Shown: positions 40,358 through 64,000 of the stretch, piece after piece
How the letters are laid out: every line of letters starts with the position of its first letter
How positions within the stretch are numbered: position 1 is the stretch's first letter
NCBI GenBank assembly: GCA_963693365.1
Contig: CAVNZM010000001.1
Location: 4,294,907-4,358,906 of the forward strand
DNA length: 64,000 bases
From: Amoebidium appalachense
Taxonomy: Eukaryota > Protista > Ichthyosporea
Direction of reading: 5' to 3'
Position numbers and translations under genes: made by a program
The notes under the pieces: model-generated
Told to the model about the DNA's origin: nothing
What the model saw: the letters and a program-made list of their open reading frames with translations, nothing else
Databases searched by the model: none

Positions 40358-41412
40358 AAGGACATGTACGTGACTGTCAGTGTATGTGTGTGTGTGTGTG
40401 CACGTGACTGTGTCTGACATGGGTGTGTGTACGTGTGCGTGTCTACTAACGTTCGCCAAGACGTGTTTGACACCGTGGAGCAACACAGGTCAGTGAAGTT
40501 CATGTTACATGTCAGATCTAGAATGATAATAATATTCAGGCATATCATAGTATGATAAGTATTACGTAGGTGAGAGTTCGAGGCAGCCATATGCATGCAG
40601 CATGGGATTCCATAGTGCCACCGTGTTCGTTTTCACTTCATGAGTGGGAATTGTATGAGTGGGATGGCCAGCCCTTCCGGAGTTCCCCGCTAGAAGCTCC
40701 CCTTGCACCCGGTGGCCCGCGTTGTGTGCAAGGGCTCCCCCGATGGTGAGAGTCAGAGTCTGACCCTCGTGTGCATTTATTCTTGATAATTATAACGGTT
40801 ATCAAAGGTGACCGTCACAAGGCAGCAGATGTAATAAATATCAGAACCAATTTTTCGACATTACTTGAATCATCCTTAAGAATTTAATTTTTATGCTGGC
40901 AACTTGAAGTCCTAAATTCAGGGATCTTGTGCGTCACTTGAGGGTTAACATTAACTAGTGATACTGTCGTAGGGAATTATACTATGTAACAAATAGCATG
41001 GATGGTGCCCGACTCGGCCACTCACTCACAGCCTACTTGACAATTTGAAACGGAACTCGGTGAGTAACACCTTCATAGTAATAGCACTAATGAACACGAT
41101 ATTCCTACTGTATGCGCCAGCTATAATCCTCCCCGGGGTCTGTTGCCACCACGAGTGCACACGAGCAAAGCCTTCCAAGCATATATATCGACGCACAGAC
41201 TCAATGCGCACATAAGCCAACAAATCAGGTCCTGAATCAAATGATAGTTAATTTAGGATGCAGAAGAAGAAGAAGAAGAAGAAAGAAAAAAAGAAAAGAA
41301 AAGAAAAAAAAAAAAGAAAGAAAGATGAAAGAAACCTCAACGTGCCTGTCAAGGAGCTCTATTCCATCTTTGAGTCAGTACTAGTACTTGCCGGCTTTTG
41401 GGTTTGGGGTGG

Positions 41413-56714
<15,302 letters not shown>

Positions 56715-58190
56715 TCTCCTGCCTCCACTGCTCAACATCACACTGAAATATATATACCGAGATAGGGGATAGGTGGCGCGTAGGCTAGGTGGTTAGAAGT
56801 TATGAGGCTGATGGAGTGGGGCCTGAAGGGTAAAGGCTGTATTCGAGTGTGCACAAGTGAGAGAGGGCGGATTGGCCGTGCACACTGTAGCTCTGAGGAA
56901 ATGGTGCAATGTTTGGCCAGCTTCTCAACACACAAAAAGGTGCTTCTGATTTTACTAGCCTAGCACATTTCACCTCTGTTTGACTACCAATTCGCTGACT
57001 CTCTGACACGAATGATAACACACGTGTGGTTTTTGTGTTAGCAGTGCTGCGATCATGATCATGACTTTGAAAAGAAGGATCTGTAAAGTGTGCCTGAATA
57101 TACAAATATAGCCCTAAAACGGGATATATTTTCCATATTTTATCAAAAATTTATCTAAAGCATTTTTATGACACCTTAGTACTCACGTACATTGAAGTTC
57201 ATATTTAAACGGATACTTTATGCTATTTAATAATAATATAACCTTATTACAAAAATACATTATATCTACATGAGAATATTGAGTGTTTAATCAATAGCAC
57301 CTGACTGACGCCCTGACCTACACATGTGATATCAAATTATAACATATCTATTTCTTGCCAACTTGCCGAAAGCCAGGAAACAGCTAAACTCGGGGGTCAA
57401 AAGCAGTTTACTTTTCCAAACACACCAGTGACACCACGGCCCACGGGGGGTTTTCTTTTTTAAAAAAAAAAACAAAAAGTTTATAAAGCCATAGTACTAT
57501 CTATCAAGCAGAGGCACTAGCAGCTGTAAACATGGCCAATAGTTTCCTGTAGCTCTAAAAACTAAACTTACACGATGTATTAGTTTCATAGAAGAAGATA
57601 CAAAATATAGCTATCTTGCTGTAAAGACCCCCAAACTTTTTGAAGTCTACACCTCCGACAGCCTACCCTTTATCTTGATATGAGCGAGGTTGTAGATTCG
57701 AGCTAGCCTCTAGCTGTAGCCACTAATATTCAACACAAGTGCGAAAGGAAAAATACATAAAAACTTCACATTTCTTATATTGTTACTTTATTTTTAGGAG
57801 GTGTTCGTAAATATGTAGGAATTTTGTATGCGTTAATAAAAGGTGCCACTTGTTCAGTCATACAAGTTAGCTATTTTCGAGGTGGCACGTTCACGCCTCG
57901 CACGGTCACATGTTCACCCGACGTCACAGAATCCACACAGACACAAGCGAAGGATTGACGTTTGGGTTCGTTATTCTTTATTTTCGGTTTGGCTTCTTTC
58001 TTTTCTTTTTTTCCTTTTCATTTCTTGGTTATTTCTTGTTAGTTTTATACTTTCAAGAGTCGCTATTTTATTTAAACTTTAATAGCTAGGTTTGTTTTCT
58101 GTTTTTTTGGACTCCTCGACCATACATAACCTTTCCCCTTATTTCACTTCGTATCCCCTTGTTTCCTTTTTTTCAAGAAAACACAAGAAA
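56715..58190. promoter_or_regulatory. Divergent (head-to-head) intergenic region between the CGS and ELAV-like genes
   Basis: AT-rich stretch free of microsatellites between two oppositely oriented start codons. No specific sites can be assigned. Confidence 0.4.
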
Positions 58191-61100
58191 ATGGCGCAAA
58201 ACGGGACAGTCGACAACAGTGGCCGCAATCTCATGGTCAACTTCATCCCTACGGAGATGAGCGAGGCGGAACTCAAGGTTGGAATACCCCCGTTGTGCTC
58301 TTAACGCACTCGCATACACTTGGGCACTTGCACGGTGACAACCACCATATACCTGCACGGCCTTGTGCACGTCGAGTCGTCGACACCAGCACCCACAGAT
58401 ATGCTCACTTGCTTGCTCACGCACAAGCATATACACGTGCGCGCACACACACACACAGACACACACACCTTACAGACAGACACCTCACAGGCACAGGCAC
58501 ATGTGGGCCGTGGGGGTATGCACACCTATGCTCACACAGACAAGGGCCGGAAACGGCAGACTCTGAATCTTCTGGTGACTTGGTTGATCTTGGAGTTGGA
58601 TCCGTAAGCCAGGGATTTAGAATGAAAAGGAACTGGGGATGGGGACAGGGATAGGGATAACACAGCTCTTGACAAAAGCTTCTTTCGTGTGGAACAAACC
58701 CAATTGCTTGCACTTGAGCATAGTGAAACCTGTTTGGTGCAAAAACAATCTCACGTGCTCGTGCTTACGGATAAAGTGACTCCGATCCTCGGGTATATCC
58801 TAGGCTATTATAACACTCACACATCCCTCCCCCCAGGATCTCTTCTCCAAGTTCGGTGTGGTGGAGAGCGCACGCATCATCCAGAACAAGCAGACCATGC
58901 AAAGTGCAGGCTACGGGTTTGTGGTCATGGCCACAGACGAAGCCGCCGAACAGGCCATCCAGGGGCTGAACGGCTGGAGCATTCGCAACAAGCGCTTGAA
59001 GGTGGGCCTGGCCCAGCCTGATGCGGCCACAAAGACCAATGTTTACGTTGCTGGATTCCCCGCCAACTACACTGAGAACGAGCTGAAGGAGCTGTTTGGG
59101 AAGTACGGCGAGATCTCGGAGATCAAGGTGTGGGTGTGTGTGTATGTGTGTGTTAAGTTTGTGTTGTGTTGCCTTATTATAGCACGTATGGGTTTGTCCT
59201 TTTTCAAGCATAGAAACGGTTGCCCGAGTTGGAGATATGGTTTTTAAATGTAGAAACAGATCCACTTGCTGTATGTGCATCACACACTTGGCCTAGGTGG
59301 TTTGCTGCTTCCCCATTCACTCAACCCACCACCCTTCAGTATGGGCAGGTGTGCACACAGACCGATGCAAACACATACACACCCAGACGCACACACACAC
59401 ACCATACGGTTTTTCAATTATGCTCCTAGCTTTTTTCGAGAAAGTCTTTTCGGTCAGGCATTCTGCTTGCTACCTACTTTCTCTGACCCAGTGTGCTCCT
59501 TGTTTGCTGCTCTTACTCTTCACCACCTGGGTTTTTTGCCTACTCTATTTGTGTGGCATGTGATAGCCACCTTGGTAAGTAAAGGTCATCTGCTTCCTCT
59601 GCGCTGTGTCTTCATCGTGACCATGTGCTTGTCCCCCCCCCCCCCCCCCCCCCCCCCCTCACCACAGCAGCCACCACTACCACCACCACCATTATCAAAT
59701 CCCACACTCTCTCTTGTGCGCGTGTGGAAATCTTCATTTGTGTTGTCCGTCGTGAGTGTGTACTTCGTACTCTGTTATGCATTTTAAAACCCTCTCTGGC
59801 CCAGATTCTGCGTGACGAGCAGGGCAACAGCCGTGGTGCCGGGTTTGTTCGGTTTGCCAAGCGCAGTGCTGCAACGTCGTCCATCGAGGGCCTGCACAAC
59901 TACGTCATCATGGGCCACGGCAAGCCTCTGACCGTGCGCTTTGCAAACCCCAAGGAGCGCACAAATGCGGGTGCGTGCACATTCTCCCCCCTTTGTTTAT
60001 TCCCTTTTAGGGATCATAAATATATTGTGTGCACGTCTTTTTGCCTTCTGTGAATGGTTTGCAGACAACAGTCATTGAGGGATATTTCTTGCGGTATAGC
60101 TTCGGAAGGGATTGATGTAGACTGGGAGTCTTCGTGAGTCTAATTTGCCACTCGTATATTATGTTGAAAATGGGGGGGGGGGGGGGGACGAGACAAAGAG
60201 AGGGTGTCAATCCTGGTTGCTTTCTTCTCTGCCCGAGCAGGTGGATGTGTGTAGGCTTGGTCAATAATTATATTAATTCTCAATGTGTATGAGTGTGTGT
60301 ATTTGGGGGAGGGGGGGGGGGGGGCAGGGGGTCTGTAATGGGAGGGGCATGTTGTAGTAGTTTGCGGCCTGGCAAGACATTTGTTCGCCGTGTGGACGGT
60401 ACGGTGGTGCTGCATGTCCATATCTATGCAGCACATGCATGCACGTCCCAACCCCCTTCCTTCTCTCACGCAGGTGGGCCCATGCGTGTAGGTGCACGGC
60501 CGGGGGGCCAGATGGACGTGTTTGGTGCGGGCATGTCGCCCTACAACATGATGCTGCGGGGGGGCAACGCCAACATGTTTGCGCAGGGCATGGCCATGGC
60601 CAATAACGGCCAGTGGGCTACGGGTGTCAATGGGCCCATGGGTGCCATGCCCGGATTTGCCAACAACGGCATGGCTGCTGGTATGGGCCGGTTCCCCGGG
60701 GCTGCGGCCACGCCTGCGCAGCCCACGGACGGGCTGACGCTGTTTGTGTACAACCTGCCCCCCCAGTACGACAACAACGCCCTGGGCAACATGTTCCTGC
60801 CCTTCGGCCAGGTCGCCACTGCTTCGGTATGTCCCATGTTTTCTGTCGTCGTCTGTGCGATTCCTCGATATCTCTGCTTTCGTCTGTCTCCCCCCCCCCC
60901 CCCCCTCCCTGAGGATGGGCTCTGCTTATGACGCATACTGTGCGCATGGCTGATGCTGCATACTTGAATGTTTGCCTTTGCATGTGTCCTGCACCATGCT
61001 TCTCATCGTGTATGCGTACTTGGTACTGTGTTTTGCATTCAACCCCCCCCCCCCCTCCTCCCCCTTCTCCCCAAACCCCCAACCAACCCCCCTTATGTGA

Positions 61101-61399
61101 AGGTGGTGTTTTTCTTAGTGCACTTCCAACTGGCGAGGTTTCGCGTTTGTTTTTTTTTTGTTTTTTTTTGTTTGTTTGTTTGTTTGTTTGTTTGTTTTTG
61201 TGTGTGTGTGTGTGTGTGTGTGTCTGGTTGGGTGTGTGTGTGGGGGGGGGGGGGGGGGGGTACACTTTTATTCTCGACCAAGAAAAGGGGCTTCTTGCGG
61301 AAGACTGGAGTGCGAAAGTGGGTTCTGTGACCCACTCTCCTATGTTGGGGTTTCTCAGTTAGCTGACCAAGATCGTTCCCTTTCCCCCCCCCCCACAAT

Positions 61400-61442
<43 letters not shown>

Positions 61443-61566
61443 CAAGGCGGGCAAGGGCTATGGGTTTGTGACCATGGCCACCCAGCAACAGGCGCTTGCG
61501 GCTGTCAATGCACTGAACGGATACCCTCTGCATGGCCGCCCCCTGCAGGTTTCCTTCAAGCGCTAA
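58191..61566 (+). CDS. ELAVL: ELAV/Hu-like RNA-binding protein with three RRMs
   Basis: Exons 58191-58277 (NLMVNFIP), 58837-59127 (GYGFV..LNG..NVYVAGFP), 59805-59970 (SRGAGFVRF..PLTVRFAN), 60474-60826 (Gly/Met linker, LFVYNLPP) and 61441-61566 (KGYGFVTM..LQVSFKR-TAA). All GT-AG with consistent phases. RRM-RRM-linker-RRM layout with terminal LQVSFK is the Hu/ELAV signature. Confidence 0.92.
59703..59790 (+). mobile_element. Dispersed structured element, copy 7 (degraded 3' fragment)
   Basis: tcttcatttgtgttgtccgtcgtgagtgtgtacttcgtactctgttatgcattttaaaaccc aligns to the 3' end of copies 1 and 5. In an ELAV intron, sense, just before the acceptor at 59804. Confidence 0.5.
60906..61042 (+). mobile_element. 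Dispersed structured element, copy 6 (5'-truncated, same subfamily as copy 3), flanked by C-runs on both sides
   Basis: ccctgaggatgggctctgcttatgacgcatactgtgcgcatggctgatg..tttgcctttgcatgtgtcct..cgtgtatgcgtactt.gtac..gcattcaa-C(n). In the last ELAV intron, sense. Confidence 0.8.
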
Positions 61567-63222
61567 GTCTCAGTTCACACGATTCCTGCATGCACCTTTT
61601 GAAATACACACAAATTTGCACACATTCACGCACGCGCCTAGTATCCTAGCTCTGTACACTTTTTTCAATGCTAGGGACAGTGCTACGAAACAAGAAAAAC
61701 GTGTTGTTTTGCTGGTCGTGGTTACCGTCTTCTTGGGCGTTTCGACAACTAGCATGCACACGAAATCTCATGAAGTCATTGGGGAATGCAGGCATGTACG
61801 ATTAGATACTACGGGACACTGCAGATAGCCATGCATATCATATGACACTCCTCGACATTTAGTTGGAGGGGTTTGTGGCGTTTTACCCTCGTTTTTGTAC
61901 ATACATTTGCGACGTGTTTAGTGCTATTCTATCCACAATCTGTTGTTAGTGGTGGTAATGCCACACGGACACGTATGAGTGAATGGAAAGGATGGGTGTG
62001 ACTGCCCGTGACTGAGGCAGGGGCCCAGAGAGTGTGTGGCTGTGCCACCGAGCTGTTGAATAAAAAAAACCTGTTGAAACGGGATTTTGGAGGGAATCTG
62101 ACATACTTGAATCTGTTTCGATCACCGCATAGCCGTGCGCACTGTTCACAATCTCAACCCCCTCCCCCTCCCCCCCCCCACACACACACACAACCACCAA
62201 CCTCTGACAGCGTGACTCGAAGGCAGCGGCAAGAAAAGGGAAATGGCATGGCACGTGTGCATGACTCAATATGGCCTTGGCATGGAGGCGCCAGCTGCTA
62301 CTATGAGAAATTCAGAAAACTCGTTTTTGTAAAGCTTACATATGCGGGAGCCCGTATACTAGTAGTATGATCGGCCACTACAGCCTTTCGAAATGCTACT
62401 ACTATGCTACTACGATAGGAACTATGTGCACCCCGGCCGCACAGCAGTGCTTGGCATAGCCGGATAGACCATCATGCGCATGCATATGCCTGCATAGTAT
62501 CTTAGCATATAGCACCGTTATATGCATGCATGCAAATCTTGATCAGTGTCACTCGGACTCGTTCGAATTCTGAGCTGTGACTGTGGTTTACGGTGGCAAA
62601 CCGGACCTCAACAGGCAGCCGAGGGCTGAAAGTAGCTACAACGGGGATCTGAGTAGCCGAGATTGACCAGGGCGCCTTTGTGCCCAGTAGTTGGATGCAT
62701 ATGTTCGCCATAATAATTCATTCGAGCTATGTGAGCTCGGTCCAGAGTCCCCCACAAAGTTGTGTTCATGTTCGGCCGAGGCCCAGTGTTGCGTGCTGTA
62801 GGCGGCATAATAGGCCGAGCTATGGTTTTCAATGGTTGGCGCACTGATTTTCTCAAGCAATCACTCTCGGCGCAACTGAGCAGAAGCAATTTTCGGCATA
62901 TTTGATCATTCGACAAATATCATGTATACAAGGGGAGGTCCATTCATTATGGTGCGTACCTGACGAATCGTATTTCGTTACATTAGATGGTGGGCTCTTA
63001 TTGGGTCCCTTATCAGCTTCAACTTCACTCAGTTCCGTTTTTGCTTCACAACAGCCACACAGGAGACACAGGACGGCGTCGGTCAGTGCAAGTAGTAGTT
63101 TGAGGCGAAAACCACGCTTAGAAAGAAAGCAGGCAACCAGCAGTAGCACATACACTGGCTTTATAGTTAAAAGACTCTTCTAATCTAGTTTACACCAGGT
63201 TTATAATAGCAAAGCAGTCAAG

Positions 63223-63706
63223 ATGGCTGATGTCGATCACGAACCCGCTTCCTTCCACGACCACACCGAGGCCGGCACAGCAGCTGCTGACATCGTAAGT
63301 ACGCACAAGCTGCTCGCTGTTGTTCGCAGCCACTTGCTGTTTGTATGTTGCTTTCTCCTAGAAAAAAACACGCGAACGCTCTAAGTCCTTACAGAATGTT
63401 GTCTGATTGCCTGTTGGTGACAGAAGCTTCGGCAGAGCTCATCACATGTGTAGTGGTGTGCAGGATTGTCGGCCACAGTTGGCTCCCTTGGTGAATGGTT
63501 TTCTTGGTATATGCCATCTAAAATGACGCTAATTGGAAATCGTGCATGGTTTAGAGACGTTGTAGACTTGTCCATGGCCGACTGAGAGGTCGTTTCAGGA
63601 TGATCGAGTGAGATCTAAACCACAAATACCCTCCCATTTGTACACATGCACTTTCTCCTCCGTATACTCCTCGGCATCCTGCTTTCTCGGGAGCCCGCAA
63701 ACACAA

Positions 63707-63771
<65 letters not shown>

Positions 63772-63914
63772 ACACCACACATACGCACACGTGACACACA
63801 CACAGTTCAAGGGGCAGAAGGAGAGACGGAGGTCCAGCGATGCCAAACAGTTTCTGGGTGACCACGTGCAGGCGGGCGGACTACCAGCCATAGCAAAGGC
63901 TCTTGCCAAAAATG
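63223..63914 (+). CDS. Myosin-I tail homology 1 (TH1)-like protein, 5' part (continues beyond the window)
   Basis: Exon 63223-63294 (MADVDHEPASFHDHTEAGTAAADI|gtaagt) splices in phase 0 to 63806-63914 (FKGQKERRRSSDAKQFLGDHV..|gtgagt). KGxKERRRxS..FxGDY/H resembles the start of myosin-I TH1 domains. Confidence 0.6.
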
Positions 63915-64000
63915 GTGAGTGTCAAGTCTGTAATCTAGGCCCTTCTCGTGGAAAGTAAAGATACTATGTGTGGGGATACGGTTTCCTTTGTTATGACCTG

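Noticed and set aside
62608-63183. Short ORFs of ~100 aa between the ELAV and TH1-like genes
   Set aside because: No recognisable motifs or convincing splice context; likely UTR or promoter sequence.

Overview
Eukaryotic, intron-dense genomic DNA saturated with (CA)n/(GT)n microsatellites and long poly-C/poly-G runs. Most ORFs in the six-frame track are repeat artefacts. I could piece together six spliced genes by hand: (1) the 3' part of a LYST/Beige BEACH-WD40 gene (+, <281-27251); (2) an orphan Pro-rich/coiled-coil gene (-, 29252-33339); (3) a secreted FAD oxidoreductase resembling polyunsaturated fatty acid isomerases (-, 35914-38501, only one intron); (4) a fungal-STR2-type cystathionine gamma-synthase (-, 41413-56714); (5) an ELAV/Hu-like 3xRRM protein (+, 58191-61566); (6) the start of a myosin-I TH1-like protein with no room for a motor domain (+, 63223->). 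The gene set suggests a non-animal opisthokont (inference only). The most striking unexplained signal is a ~250-270 nt dispersed element present in about 7 copies. All copies are intronic, all are in the host-gene sense orientation, and all share a 3' end abutting a C-run (C-run then A-run in the two near-identical copies). The two long copies show covarying helices and a putative pseudoknot. Second, many 3' splice sites are (CA)n-AG with no U-rich polypyrimidine tract. Exon boundaries were read by eye and need RNA-seq confirmation.
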